Source: Nannocystales bacterium (GTDB taxonomy: Bacteria; Myxococcota_A; Polyangia; Nannocystales; Nannocystaceae). Taken from it: a stretch of DNA of 64,000 bases. The translations under genes and the position numbers were made by a program. This document shows, piece by piece, positions 8,995 to 19,622 of the stretch (position 1 is the stretch's first letter; the number at the start of each line of letters is the position of its first letter). The stretch spans positions 127,403-191,402 of the forward strand of contig JBOEGF010000027.1 of the NCBI GenBank assembly GCA_050633305.1, written 5' to 3'. Under the pieces are notes generated by a model. The model had not been told where the DNA came from, made no database searches, and saw only the letters and a list, made by a program, of their open reading frames with translations.

Positions 8995-10630
8995 ACGCGG
9001 CCCAGGCCAGCCCGGAGGCCCCGTGTTTTCTCGCGCGGCAGTTGCAGCCCTCATCGTCACCGCCAAGCCCTTGCTCGGCGTTCCAACTGCGGCGTGTATC
9101 GATGACCTGCTCGCTCAGGTCGACAACCGTCATCGCGGGCCCCTGCATGGGGACTTCCTGAACCCGAAGCGCGGCGGGTTGGGCCGGGTCCGGGCTGCCC
9201 GCGACCGCGAGCCGGCTGCCATCGTCGAACTCCACGTAGTCGGAGCCTTCACAAGCGAACACCATCGTGGCGTCGTAGAAGTTCGAGACCGGCTGAAGGT
9301 CGGGGTTTTCGTGGAAGATGGGGTCCAACGTCATCTCCTGTGGCGACAATGTGGTGTACAGCCGCGTCAGATACGCGTTGTGGTTCAGGATATCCATCGC
9401 GTGCTCAGCGGGACCGATGATCCGCGCCTCGAGCTCGTCCGCAAACGCCCCTGCGTCCCACGATTCGCGGTCGGCATCTTCTTCGTAGCACGACAGACAC
9501 CCGTAGTAGTCCTCGAACGAGACCCCCGTCGGCACGGGGAGGAAACGAGACAGCACCCCCTCGATCAACGGATGGACCGCGGAGCAGGAACCATCCGTAC
9601 AACTGAGGAGCTGTTGAAGCCCCAGCTCGGCCACCGCCGCCTCGGGTGAGGCCTCCCGATACCGCTGCGCATCCCACAGGGGGTTCAAGATTCCGTCGTC
9701 GAGCACGACGTCCGAAGGGCCGGCGTACTCGGTGACGAAGCCATGGCCATCACTGCCGTCCGCATCGACAGCTCGGGTGACCACGGACTCATAGTTGCTG
9801 CCCAAGTTCTGCCAGTCGATGGCCGCGAGGTTGAGTTCGACGCTGCTGTAGTTCGTTGGGGCTACACGAGACTCCCCAAGAAAAAACGCCCGTACACCCA
9901 TGTCGTCCGTCGCCGCAATGCGCGTCAACCGGATCGGGACACACGGCTCGTCCCCTTCATAGCGGATCACGACAGGGTGGATCTCGTCGACCCCGACACC
10001 ACCGCGTAGCTTGAACGCGACAAAGAGGAACCGCTTGTCGAGATAGGCTTGAAGCTCGCCGGGCGCGTCATCATCCTGCGCGTAGCCGTTCTCATCGAGC
10101 CATTCGAGCACCCCATCGATGGTCCCGCCCTCGAGGACCGCGTATTCAAACGCACCGGCCGTCCCGCGAGAGACCACCTGTGGGTCCTCGTCGAATGAAC
10201 CGCCCACACCCAGGTCCTCGCCCACGCCGCCGTCGGCCTCCAGTGCCGAGTTTGCGGTAAACGAAGCACACCCACCCCCTCGTTCCCGCTGCGATCCGCA
10301 GTCTTCAAACACGGTGGTCGTGCGAAATGTCGGCGCGGTCGCGCTCAACAGGTTCCGAAACAACGCGTCGGATCCCGCCTCGATCTCTGGCGCAGCCATC
10401 ACCGGGACCACCCACGCGAACGCCTCAGGGTCTCCCTGGTACTGAATCTGGACGTGTGCCTCGACAGTGGTTTCGTCGATCACGAACAAAATGTTCTCGC
10501 CGCTCTGGTCGACAGGCATCCCGATCGGTCCGGCATCGCAGAACGTGCCCCCGCAGGCGTTCACACGAGACGGAATCGCGGCAAGACCCAACGCCAACCC
10601 CACCGCTGCCAGGGCAATACAAGCTCGCAT
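8918..10630 (-). CDS. DUF2330-family secreted protein with MYXO-CTERM-like anchor
   Basis: Signal peptide + ACGGTFC, QSGENILF, FAWVVPV, PIRLT; C-terminal GCNC-hydrophobic-RR. Confidence 0.85.
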   Translation of the reverse strand: MRACIALAAVGLALGLAAIPSRVNACGGTFCDAGPIGMPVDQSGENILFVIDETTVEAHVQIQYQGDPEAFAWVVPVMAAPEIEAGSDALFRNLLSATAPTFRTTTVFEDCGSQRERGGGCASFTANSALEADGGVGEDLGVGGSFDEDPQVVSRGTAGAFEYAVLEGGTIDGVLEWLDENGYAQDDDAPGELQAYLDKRFLFVAFKLRGGVGVDEIHPVVIRYEGDEPCVPIRLTRIAATDDMGVRAFFLGESRVAPTNYSSVELNLAAIDWQNLGSNYESVVTRAVDADGSDGHGFVTEYAGPSDVVLDDGILNPLWDAQRYREASPEAAVAELGLQQLLSCTDGSCSAVHPLIEGVLSRFLPVPTGVSFEDYYGCLSCYEEDADRESWDAGAFADELEARIIGPAEHAMDILNHNAYLTRLYTTLSPQEMTLDPIFHENPDLQPVSNFYDATMVFACEGSDYVEFDDGSRLAVAGSPDPAQPAALRVQEVPMQGPAMTVVDLSEQVIDTRRSWNAEQGLGGDDEGCNCRARKHGASGLAWAAFMVGLGVWARRPSRPHVRRAKHRSS

Positions 10631-10661
10631 GGACGGGTAGTGTCGGCCGCCCCCGGAACGA

Positions 10662-11771
10662 TCATCCCCCGAGCCACGCGGCGACAAAAAACCCTGCAAA
10701 CGTGCCTAGCGCGGTCCCTACGGACCCCACGAGAACGGCCGGCAGGACGAGATCGGGCCGGCCTAGGCTGCGTGCAAGGGCGAGCGCCGTCGTCCCACCG
10801 CCGATGTTGGCTTGAGAGGCGACGGCCGCCAGCGCCGGGTCGAGCCGAAAGACCTTGGCGGCCGCGAACGACACGGCGCCATGAACACCGACACAGGTCA
10901 CCGCAAGAACCGCGATCCGTCCGCCGACCGCTCCCAGGGAGCCGAGCGCCTGCACGTCGCACAGCGCACCGATCGCGGCGAGGAAGACATACACCGCAAA
11001 CATGCCGACCGCCTTCGCACCACGCAGACCAGACACCGCAGGAACCTGCGCCAAGATGAGCGCGAGCACGGTGAGCACGAGCATGCTCGGCAGGCCCAAC
11101 GGCTCGGCGACGACCGCACTTGCCCAAGCGCATCCCAGACCCAGCGTGAACAACACCGCGAGGTCTCGTGGTGCGACGGCCTCGCGATCGGGGTCCTCCT
11201 CCCCGGGCTCGCGCATCGCCTCCCCCACCCGTGCGCCCAACCAGCGCGGAAGCGCAATGGTGACCGCCATCCACACGGCGGTGATGCCAGAGTCGACCGC
11301 CATGGCGCCCGCGTAGAGCGGACCACTCTTCATGACCTCGTAGTGAAGCGCGATCGCGTTGAAGTTGGCGCTTCCGCCAATGTACGTCGCCGTGAACATG
11401 CCGGCCATTGCGGGGGTCTGCTCCCCGAACGGCGCGTCGTCGAGCAGCCAAAGCGCAAGCGCGACTCCGAGGGCAGTGCCAAGTGCACCCACGAAGAACA
11501 ACAGCAGCAGCTGCGGGCCAGCCTTGAGAACCGCCCGCAGGTTCACGCCCAGCAACAACCAGAAGATCGACAGCGGCGCCACATGGCCGAAGATGCTGCT
11601 GTAGACCGGGTTGTCGCCGGTTGGGATGACCCCGAGGTTGGAGACGAGGGCAGTGACGACGATGACGAGCAGCGCCACCCCAGCGTGTCGAAGCGGCGTC
11701 TTGTCGACGAGCCACTGCGAGGCGATCACACAAGATGCGATCACGGCAGCGACAAAGACGGGGTCGGTCAT
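10662..11771 (-). CDS. DUF819-family membrane protein
   Basis: ATYIGGSANF and ASQANIGG..TA motifs, about 10 TMs. Confidence 0.85.
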   Translation of the reverse strand: MTDPVFVAAVIASCVIASQWLVDKTPLRHAGVALLVIVVTALVSNLGVIPTGDNPVYSSIFGHVAPLSIFWLLLGVNLRAVLKAGPQLLLLFFVGALGTALGVALALWLLDDAPFGEQTPAMAGMFTATYIGGSANFNAIALHYEVMKSGPLYAGAMAVDSGITAVWMAVTIALPRWLGARVGEAMREPGEEDPDREAVAPRDLAVLFTLGLGCAWASAVVAEPLGLPSMLVLTVLALILAQVPAVSGLRGAKAVGMFAVYVFLAAIGALCDVQALGSLGAVGGRIAVLAVTCVGVHGAVSFAAAKVFRLDPALAAVASQANIGGGTTALALARSLGRPDLVLPAVLVGSVGTALGTFAGFFVAAWLGG

Positions 11772-11775
11772 CGGT

Positions 11776-12663
11776 TCACTTCCAAACGATCAAGCCCGCA
11801 CCCACACTCATGAGCACAACCGCGGCCACCTTGAACCGGGTCACCGGTTCGTTGAACGCGAGGCGGCCGACGACCACGGACATCGTGACTCCGATCGCAC
11901 GCTTCCCCGCTTCCACGAGCGCGGTGAACAAGTGTTGGACCGCGACGAGCTGGCTCCCCAACCCCACCGCGCCCAACGAGATCGCAAACACCAGCGGCTT
12001 CCATGCGGTACGAACTGCGCCGAGGTCTCGCAACTGGTCGCGAGAGGCGAGAAGGACCAAGCCCACGATCGCCAAGCCCGCATTGAGAACCGCGCCGTGA
12101 ATCCCGAAGCCGGCGTGCTGGGTCGCGAGCTTGTCGACGACGATCGTCAACGACCAGCACAACGCGGTCACCAGCATCGGGAGGCTCCCGGGCTCCCGAA
12201 TCAACGCACGGGCAAAAGCGGACGGCCGCCGGTCCTGTGCCGCGCCAGCGTTGAGCACCAAGGCACCCAGGACCACCACCCCAATCCCCACAACCTGACG
12301 AAGGCCAGGCATCTCTCCCAGCAGCGGGTTGGCCGCGAGGGTGGTGAACACCGGCACAAACGCCAGCAGTGGGACGGTGAGGCTCAGCGGCGAGACGGTG
12401 ACCGCACGAAAGAAGCAGAGGTTCGCGACGACGTTCAGAAACAACGACGCCATCCCGGGCAGCGCGTAGCTCCAGCTCGTGATCGTGTCGTCCCCGAACC
12501 ATGCCCAGAGCAAGAACAGCGGCATCTGGCCAAGCGTGAGCAGGACGAGCAGCGCCACGGGAGAGACCCGTTGGACCAGCACCTTCCGCGACGCATCGAG
12601 CCCCGCCCAGCACAAGGCAGAGCCGACCGTGAGGCCAATGCCGACAGAGGGATCCGGGCTCAC
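11776..12663 (-). CDS. DMT/EamA family transporter
   Basis: About 10 TMs, two EamA-like halves (SPLSLTVPLLAFVPVF; KR..S...G...F.E). Confidence 0.85.
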   Translation of the reverse strand: MSPDPSVGIGLTVGSALCWAGLDASRKVLVQRVSPVALLVLLTLGQMPLFLLWAWFGDDTITSWSYALPGMASLFLNVVANLCFFRAVTVSPLSLTVPLLAFVPVFTTLAANPLLGEMPGLRQVVGIGVVVLGALVLNAGAAQDRRPSAFARALIREPGSLPMLVTALCWSLTIVVDKLATQHAGFGIHGAVLNAGLAIVGLVLLASRDQLRDLGAVRTAWKPLVFAISLGAVGLGSQLVAVQHLFTALVEAGKRAIGVTMSVVVGRLAFNEPVTRFKVAAVVLMSVGAGLIVWK

Positions 12664-13505
12664 GGCGAGAGCACCACGTTGTCGATCAGCCGCACACCGC
12701 CGTATCGGACGGCGAACGCAACCAAGGTCGGGGCATCGACATGCTCGACCGGCTGCAGGGAGGAGGCGTCGACGGCTTGGACGTAGTCGACCTCGCCCGG
12801 GGCAAGCGCCCCCTGTGCCCCCGCCAACAACGCGGAGGTCTGTGTGACACCCGCCTCGAACCGCCGAAGCACCTCGGCCCGGAAAGCCGGCAGCCGAAGC
12901 GCATTGGAGCGGGCGGACGAGCTCAGATTGGCGTTGCGACTGGACATGGCCAAGCCATCGTCCTCACGTACGATCGGCATGGACGCCACTTCGCCCCCGA
13001 GGAACAGGTCCGCATGCATCCTTCGGAGGATCGCGAGCTGCTGATAGTCCTTCTCGCCGAACACTGCCACGTCGGGGCGCACGAGCATCCAGAGCTTCGT
13101 GACGACCGTGCACACCCCTCGAAAGTGATCCGGCCGCGACTCCCCGCACAGGGTGGAGGAGAGGCCTTCGACGTTCACCCACGTCTGTCTGGACGGGTAC
13201 ATCTGGCCGGGGTCACTGGGAATGAACACGACGTCGACGCCAGCGGACTCAGCAAACGCCAGGTCTTGCGCCTCGTCTCGCGGGTACGCCTCGAGGTCCT
13301 CGCCGGGGCCAAACTGGGTCGGGTTGACGAAGATCGACAGCACGAGGGAACCGGCGTCCGTGGGTACGCGACGTCGGGCATCGTGAAGCAAGCTCAAGTG
13401 GCCCGCGTGCAGGAAACCCATCGTGGGAACGAAGGCGACACGTTCGGTGGACCGCACGGCGGCTCGCCACCGGGACAACTCGGGAACGGTACGGATGATC
13501 TTCAT
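12660..13505 (-). CDS. panC: Pantoate--beta-alanine ligase
   Basis: FVPTMGFLHAGH, SIFVNPTQF, RPDHFRGV, FGEKDYQQ, AMSSRN, RLIDN. Confidence 0.97.
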   Translation of the reverse strand: MKIIRTVPELSRWRAAVRSTERVAFVPTMGFLHAGHLSLLHDARRRVPTDAGSLVLSIFVNPTQFGPGEDLEAYPRDEAQDLAFAESAGVDVVFIPSDPGQMYPSRQTWVNVEGLSSTLCGESRPDHFRGVCTVVTKLWMLVRPDVAVFGEKDYQQLAILRRMHADLFLGGEVASMPIVREDDGLAMSSRNANLSSSARSNALRLPAFRAEVLRRFEAGVTQTSALLAGAQGALAPGEVDYVQAVDASSLQPVEHVDAPTLVAFAVRYGGVRLIDNVVLSP

Positions 13506-13514
13506 GGAAGCGGG

Positions 13515-14453
13515 TCAGCGAAGCTCGTCGCGGTGTCGCTGTGCGAGCACGCGATCGGCCTCTTCGGGCTCGGGCCGGCCGAGGTAGGCATCCCACAGTC
13601 GCGACGCGTTCGTCGACTCGCCGTGTGCCTGGTGCTCGAGCGCCCGCAGAAACATCCGTTCGTGGGCCGGTAGCATGGTCTCCACGGCAGGACGGGCCCT
13701 CAACGACCCCGGCTCACGCCGCAGTTGGCGGAAGACCTCACGCGCCGACTCGGAATCCCCGGCGCGATCGAGCACGAGGGCCCAGACATAGCGAGAGATC
13801 GACCGCTCCTCGGCATCGAGTGGCGCATCGTCGAGTGCCATCCGCGCCAGCCGGACCGCCTCCTCGAGTTCGCCCTCATGAAGGGCGGCGACGGCGGCCA
13901 TTCGTTCGATTCGGTAACGCTCCGCGTCGCCGGCTGTGTCGGCCAGCGCCAAGCTCTCCCGAGCGGCGGACGCCTCTGCGAGAACGCTCTGCGCGTACGC
14001 ACGGAAGTAATAGGCCTCGAACGGCGCCCGGTCCCCGCGCAACTGGGCCTCCTCGATGGCCGCGTTGAGAAACGCTATCGCTTCGTGGGCGGCGGTCTTC
14101 TGGGCCTCGATCGTCTCGTCGAGGTTGGGGTCCGACTCCGGCATCCAACCCGTAGGCACCGCCTCGAGGACCGCCTGTTGGGCGGCGAGGACCAACACGT
14201 CGGGTTCGCGTGGGCACTGGCGAGCACGCGCTCGCCAGACCCGCTCGAACTTGCCTCGACCTTGGGTGCCGAGGCGAATACCCAGGGCCTGTCGACCTGC
14301 GGCGTCGCATGTCCGCCAAGGTCTGGCCCCCGCTCGCGCCCACGCTGTGGGCGGCGGCGCCGAGGCTGGCTTCCACGAGTCTTGCGCCCCGGCCGAATCC
14401 CCTGCGGGTCCCACGAGGGCCGCGATCAGAGCGAGGGACGCAGCGCCGGGCAC
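13515..14453 (-). CDS. Secreted TPR-like helical protein
   Basis: Signal-like N-terminus, Ala-rich helical repeats; GTG start 6 nt after TATGCT; co-oriented upstream of panC. Confidence 0.65.
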   Translation of the reverse strand: MPGAASLALIAALVGPAGDSAGAQDSWKPASAPPPTAWARAGARPWRTCDAAGRQALGIRLGTQGRGKFERVWRARARQCPREPDVLVLAAQQAVLEAVPTGWMPESDPNLDETIEAQKTAAHEAIAFLNAAIEEAQLRGDRAPFEAYYFRAYAQSVLAEASAARESLALADTAGDAERYRIERMAAVAALHEGELEEAVRLARMALDDAPLDAEERSISRYVWALVLDRAGDSESAREVFRQLRREPGSLRARPAVETMLPAHERMFLRALEHQAHGESTNASRLWDAYLGRPEPEEADRVLAQRHRDELR

Positions 14454-14523
14454 GGTGGGAGCATAACACCGCGGATTCGCCAAAAACTTGACCTCAGGGC
14501 CCTGTTCGAATCACTCGTAGTTG

Positions 14524-14892
14524 ATGGACGTCGCGCCCGCAGCTCGGACCACCCTGCGCCTCCTCGACGCGGGGGCTCGCGCAGTCCTCCACGCGGTCGT
14601 GTGGACGCTACATGGGGCATGGACGCATCGCAGCCGGCTCAGCGCAGTCTTTGTACGCCTGGCGTGGTGGGCGTCACTTTGGCTCGCCATCGACACCGCG
14701 AGCACGCTCGTGGACGTTCGGCTGCCGCTGGGCGTGGACGATACGCTCACGCGCTTCGCGGTCGGGGTGGGGCTGTGCTGGGTGGTCGTCGTCTTCTCCG
14801 CGGCCGCACGGCTGCGATGGGCTGCGATCGCCTTGGGTACGATCCACGGCGGGCTTGGCGTCCTGCTGTGGACCCTCAGCGGCGGCGGGTGA
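14524..14892 (+). CDS. Small hypothetical membrane protein (about 3 TM)
   Basis: Hydrophobic segments; fills the gap between divergent genes. Confidence 0.55.
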   Translation: MDVAPAARTTLRLLDAGARAVLHAVVWTLHGAWTHRSRLSAVFVRLAWWASLWLAIDTASTLVDVRLPLGVDDTLTRFAVGVGLCWVVVVFSAAARLRWAAIALGTIHGGLGVLLWTLSGGG

Positions 14893-14937
14893 CGCACGCC
14901 CCTTGGACCCGCCGTGCGGATCGGGCAAGCTCGATCC

Positions 14938-16503
14938 ATGCGGCAGGCCGCCATGCTCGGACTCGCGGTGGCGCTCGCCTGCGCCCCCGACGACCCGGAG
15001 ACCCCATCCTCGGAGATGGAGACCGAGCTCGACGAGGTGTTCGAGATCCCGAGCTTCATCGACCCTCCGAATGACGAGGTCACGATCGGTGTCGATCGGA
15101 GTCACGACCTGGTGCTCTCGGTGCGCGACATCCGGCCGGGTTTCACCCGTGTGTTCCTCGATGAGCAGAGCCTCGGAACTGGACTCGACGACCACGGGCC
15201 CGTCTCGCTGGACCCCGACGCGCTCACCGTCCACCTCGCCGGCGCTCTGGTGGTCGGCGAACACTCGCTTCAACTGCGCACCCTCACCCCCGAGGAGACC
15301 TTGGAGAGCGAGATCGTATCGCTGCGGGTTGTCGACGTGCAGACCGTCGACATCACGGCCACGATGAACGACGCGGTCGCGTTCGAAGCCGACGTGATCG
15401 ATGCCCAAGGACACGCCGACGCCGGCGTCTTGATGGGCTACGACCTCAGCGCGGACCCCGTCACCGTGACGCTCGCCGCCGCGCAGGACAACGGATGGGC
15501 CATCGCCGACCGACTGAGCGTGCCCCTGACCGGGTTCGACCGAACGGACGAGCCCCGGTTCACCGCCACGGCCGTCCTGCGCGAACGGGACGATACGCGC
15601 CGCCTCCGAATCGCGTGGCGAACCGGTGAGGAGGGGCGTGCCCTTCTCGGAACCGATGTGCTGTGGCCCGCGGCGACGGTCCATACCCAAGCGGTCGTCG
15701 ACCTTGCCGAGGCGTTCACCGGCTTCGAGTACTCGCGGCTGGGTCGACCCCTGATCCTGGGAGATACCCTCGTCGTCGAAGCACTGCTGTCTCCGGATGT
15801 GGAGCAACCCCTCCCGGGCTCCCGCACCCTCTTGACGAGCTACATCGATCCCCTCACCGGTCGATTTGGTCCGGCCAACGTCAGCGCCGTGGGTGCGGGA
15901 CGAGACATCGATCGTGTTGAGCCCGTCCGCGATCTGCTCACCCACGCCCGGGGCGGAACCCCCGGGTTCAGCGCCCGGGTCGCCGGCGTTCGGGCTGTGG
16001 TGTTTGACGTCGACTCTGGTACCGGAGCCCTCTCGGAGCGTCCGACGGGCGCAAGCGACCGTTTCAGCACCTTGACCGAGGCAAACGGCCCGACACACAC
16101 CATCATCGGGGCACTCGATTCGCGGCACGTCTTTGCCCCACTGCAGGCCGACAGTCCTCGGGTGTTCTTCCGTCAGTTCGACGACCGACGCAGCGGAGCG
16201 TCACAAGACGTCAGCCCCCCGGTGGACACACTCGCAGCGCTCGGCGACATGTCCGCCCCGATCGCGAGCACCGTGCTGGGAGGACTCCCCCTGTATCTCA
16301 TTCCCCAAGGCACGGAGGCTCCTGTGGCCGCCATCGTCAGCGCGGGCACCCCCCCGCACGTCGTGCTACTCGAAGGTCTCGCCTGCGACGAGATCGCAGT
16401 GCCGATCGTGTCCACCGACCCCATGACACGTGAGCTTTCGGCGGCGTGTCGGCGAGGCCGCGACGTCCACCGAAGCACCATCCGACTCGAAGAACCCGAA
16501 TGA
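14938..16503 (+). CDS. Hypothetical lipoprotein, beta-rich
   Basis: LAVALAC lipobox; about 520 aa with high-GC3 codons. Confidence 0.75.
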   Translation: MRQAAMLGLAVALACAPDDPETPSSEMETELDEVFEIPSFIDPPNDEVTIGVDRSHDLVLSVRDIRPGFTRVFLDEQSLGTGLDDHGPVSLDPDALTVHLAGALVVGEHSLQLRTLTPEETLESEIVSLRVVDVQTVDITATMNDAVAFEADVIDAQGHADAGVLMGYDLSADPVTVTLAAAQDNGWAIADRLSVPLTGFDRTDEPRFTATAVLRERDDTRRLRIAWRTGEEGRALLGTDVLWPAATVHTQAVVDLAEAFTGFEYSRLGRPLILGDTLVVEALLSPDVEQPLPGSRTLLTSYIDPLTGRFGPANVSAVGAGRDIDRVEPVRDLLTHARGGTPGFSARVAGVRAVVFDVDSGTGALSERPTGASDRFSTLTEANGPTHTIIGALDSRHVFAPLQADSPRVFFRQFDDRRSGASQDVSPPVDTLAALGDMSAPIASTVLGGLPLYLIPQGTEAPVAAIVSAGTPPHVVLLEGLACDEIAVPIVSTDPMTRELSAACRRGRDVHRSTIRLEEPE

Positions 16504-17522
16504 AGAAACTCCTCGCGATGGTCGTACTCGCCGGACTCGGACTCTCGGGGGCCGCATGGTGGCTCACCCGGACTGAGGACATCCCTGAAGTGCTCGACGA
16601 GGTCGAGGCCAGCCCCGCGGTCATCGAGATCCCGGGCATGAACGGGCAGCCCCCGCTCAAGCTCGACGCCCTCCAGGGAAAGACCGTCGTCATCGCCGTC
16701 AGCGGTACTTGGTCCGCCAAGTCCCCCGAGGGAGAAGCCACCAACCGCGCCTTGTCCCGGTGGGTGTACCCCGAGAGCACAGTCGGCTATGCGGTCGCCG
16801 ATGCCGGAGGCCTGGGCGTGTTCGCGGAGCGAATCGAGGCCACGATGGCGAGCTATGCCACGGAGATCCGGTTTCCGCTGTACGTCGACTTCGAGGGCGT
16901 GTTCATCGAGACCTTCAAGCTGCCCAAGGGCCACCATGGGCTCGTCGTCTTGGGACCCGACGGAAGCATCCTGCAGCGCCACAGTGGCGGACTCGAGGGG
17001 GAAGCGTTGGAGGCGCTACGCGAGCAGTTGGGCGCGAGCGAACCGGAGTTGGGGCCGCCCATGCCTGAGCTATCCGCCGGCGCGCTCGACACCGCGGCAT
17101 GCCAGCAAACCGTCTGCGCATTCCTTTACAGCGGTCCAGATCCCGTCGTACGCGCAGACATTCCACGCATGAAGCCCGGGGGGTTCCAAGGCGACGACGA
17201 CGTCCGCCTGCAGCAGATGCGAAAACCTCCGGTCCGGCTCATCACCCTCGCGCGAAAGATGAAACTGACCAGCACCCGAGGCGCGTTCATCGGCAACATC
17301 GCCGACGACATCAGCAGCGAGGGCTGGGAACGCGTCAACCTCTCGGACGGCGCAGATGCCCTGGCCGCACTCGGGTTCGGCGACGAGCCGGGACTCATCG
17401 TGTTCGACCACGGCAAGGAGGCGGTCCGGGTATCCGGGCTGGTTCCTCTGCATCAATGGGGGCGCGTCGCCGACCTGCTGGACATCCAGGGGTTCAACGA
17501 TCGACGCCCCCCGCGGGAGTGA
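16500..17522 (+). CDS. Membrane-anchored thioredoxin-fold protein, YtfJ-like N-terminal domain
   Basis: ATGA coupling to the upstream gene; LQGKTVVI...YVDFEG...LVVLGPDGSI..RHSG pattern. Confidence 0.6.
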   Translation: MKKLLAMVVLAGLGLSGAAWWLTRTEDIPEVLDEVEASPAVIEIPGMNGQPPLKLDALQGKTVVIAVSGTWSAKSPEGEATNRALSRWVYPESTVGYAVADAGGLGVFAERIEATMASYATEIRFPLYVDFEGVFIETFKLPKGHHGLVVLGPDGSILQRHSGGLEGEALEALREQLGASEPELGPPMPELSAGALDTAACQQTVCAFLYSGPDPVVRADIPRMKPGGFQGDDDVRLQQMRKPPVRLITLARKMKLTSTRGAFIGNIADDISSEGWERVNLSDGADALAALGFGDEPGLIVFDHGKEAVRVSGLVPLHQWGRVADLLDIQGFNDRRPPRE

Positions 17523-17607
17523 CAGCGGTCCGCCCGGAGGACCGACACCGCACAACATAACCTCCGAGGTCATCGAAACCGGGCCCCCGGAGGCTAGGCC
17601 AAGGACC

Positions 17608-18597
17608 ATGCTGCTCCGCGTCCTGGTGCTCTTGACCCTCTCCTGCCTCACCGGCTGCAACGCCCAACGGTTCTTCATGAGCACCGCTGTGGGGGGACTC
17701 GCAGACTACTTCGAGCATCCCTCGTCCGCCGAGGAGACCCTGGAGGAAGTTGCGCCCGGCGTGTTCACGTTCCAGAGCCGCTGGGAGCGAGCCCTGGTGG
17801 TGCAGACCCGAGATGGGCTCGTGATCACCGATCCCTTCAACCCAACCTTTGCCAGAGCACTGCGCTCCCGCCTCGAAAAGGACGGACTGTGGCAGCCCGT
17901 CCAGACAGTCATCTACTCACACCACCACCTCGACCATGTCGGCGGCGCGGCCGTGCTCGAGCCAGCAGAAGTTCTGGCCCACGAGGATGCCCCGGCACAC
18001 TGGGCCGCGCTCAGTCCCCGGGACCTGCTACAGCCCACCCGGCTCGTCCGAGGGGACACGACGCTACGGTACGGCGGCCGACGAATCGACCTGGTGGCCA
18101 TTCCCCGTGCCCACGCCGAGACTCACTTCGCGGTTCGGGTCGACGACCGTGTCCTGTATGCGCCCGACACAGTTGCACCAGGCATCATGCTGCTCGGTGG
18201 CCTTCCCGGCGTTCCGCTCGAAGGCTACTTCGCCGACATGCAGCGGCTACAGGGGCTCGAGTTCGATGTCTTCGTCGCAAGTCACTTCGGGTACGCCCCG
18301 AAGACGGAGTTCGTGCGCACGGTTGCGATGATGCGAGACCTGAATGCGATCGGTCAGGACGTCGTCGCCGAGCATCGAGAGGACGGCGGTTTTCACACCG
18401 ACAAGCCCACGCTCAAACGCGCATTCAAGGAGTTCTACGACCGGACGCATGCGAAGTACGGGGACTGGCACGGCTTCGACACCCACATCCTCAGCGCATT
18501 CGTTCGCATCTACACCGCCGACCTTCTCGGGGACACGGCCCCCCTCGGATCGCCGGTGTGTCACGCGAGCATGCACGACGCAGGCACGGACGCGTGA
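17608..18597 (+). CDS. Metallo-beta-lactamase fold hydrolase, lipoprotein
   Basis: LTGC lipobox; YSHHHLDHVGG (HxHxDH) plus later H, D and H ligands. Confidence 0.85.
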   Translation: MLLRVLVLLTLSCLTGCNAQRFFMSTAVGGLADYFEHPSSAEETLEEVAPGVFTFQSRWERALVVQTRDGLVITDPFNPTFARALRSRLEKDGLWQPVQTVIYSHHHLDHVGGAAVLEPAEVLAHEDAPAHWAALSPRDLLQPTRLVRGDTTLRYGGRRIDLVAIPRAHAETHFAVRVDDRVLYAPDTVAPGIMLLGGLPGVPLEGYFADMQRLQGLEFDVFVASHFGYAPKTEFVRTVAMMRDLNAIGQDVVAEHREDGGFHTDKPTLKRAFKEFYDRTHAKYGDWHGFDTHILSAFVRIYTADLLGDTAPLGSPVCHASMHDAGTDA

Positions 18598-18648
18598 ACC
18601 TCTCGGTCCGGCAAACCCGAAGTCGCACGGCTCAAGGCCGCCGAAGCG

Positions 18649-19554
18649 TCACCAATGAAACACCACCCCGTACTGCGCGGTGTAGGGCTGCCCGGTGCCA
18701 TATGGGTTGGCGGTCCACACCGCACAGCCGTCGCCAAGGACGAGCTCCCCTTGGGCGACCTGATAGTCGAGGTCGATGTAGTAGTACTCGGACTCGGGGA
18801 ACTGGTTGTACGCTCGGAGGTGCGGGTAGTTCACGACCTGAGGCGGAAACCCGTAGAGCACCCCGTCGTCGTCCGGGTAGCCGCCGACGCCAAAGGTCTC
18901 GTGTTGCATCGACAACTCGGCGACACCGTTGTTGTCGAACAACACCAGGTTCATCGCGGCTTCGAGGTCCGTGTACGCCGTGACCACCCCGCCGGACCAC
19001 GTGAGGTACGAAATGATCCAGTCTTGGCCGAGTCCCCACGGGCCACAGTCGTCCCCTGTGCAGGTTCGTGTTCGCACCTGAATCGTGGAGCTGGCGAGCT
19101 CGTTCCGCGGCATGCCCCCAAGCTCGGCAAGGGCCTCGGCTCCGGTCCACGCGACGCCGTTGCAGGCCGCGGGGTCGAAGGGGTCATCGGAGAGCGGGGT
19201 GTCGCCGGAACTCTCGCCTCCGCCAGTCTCCGTCTCCGTGGCGGATGCGCCACCGGTGGTCGAGGTCTCGTCCGCGGACGCCCCTCCCGTCGAGGCCCCA
19301 TTCGTCGCGCTCGACGACCCGGTCGGATCCTGTGAGTCCCCTGCCGTGTCCCCGTCGCCACTCGTGGGACTGCTCGAGCCCTCGGACCCGGCGGAGGCAG
19401 TCTCGGTGGCGGTCGACGTGGCGCCGCCCCCCGATTCGGCCCCACTCGCGCCCGAGGCCCCACTGGCACTGCCGAATGGGGACGAGCCGCCCCCTTCCGC
19501 GCCACACGCGGCAAGACACAGACACATCGCGACGGCAGGGACGGAAAGGCGCAC
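18649..19554 (-). CDS. Lipoprotein with long Ser/Gly/Thr linker and aromatic-rich C-terminal domain
   Basis: LAAC lipobox, low-complexity stalk, DDPFDPAAC-led globular domain; start uncertain. Confidence 0.7.
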   Translation of the reverse strand: MRLSVPAVAMCLCLAACGAEGGGSSPFGSASGASGASGAESGGGATSTATETASAGSEGSSSPTSGDGDTAGDSQDPTGSSSATNGASTGGASADETSTTGGASATETETGGGESSGDTPLSDDPFDPAACNGVAWTGAEALAELGGMPRNELASSTIQVRTRTCTGDDCGPWGLGQDWIISYLTWSGGVVTAYTDLEAAMNLVLFDNNGVAELSMQHETFGVGGYPDDDGVLYGFPPQVVNYPHLRAYNQFPESEYYYIDLDYQVAQGELVLGDGCAVWTANPYGTGQPYTAQYGVVFHW

Positions 19555-19622
19555 GATGCTTTCCAGACGTGCACCGCAGTGCCAGGTTGCAACCAATCGG
19601 TGAGAACAGGTGCACGCCGAAC

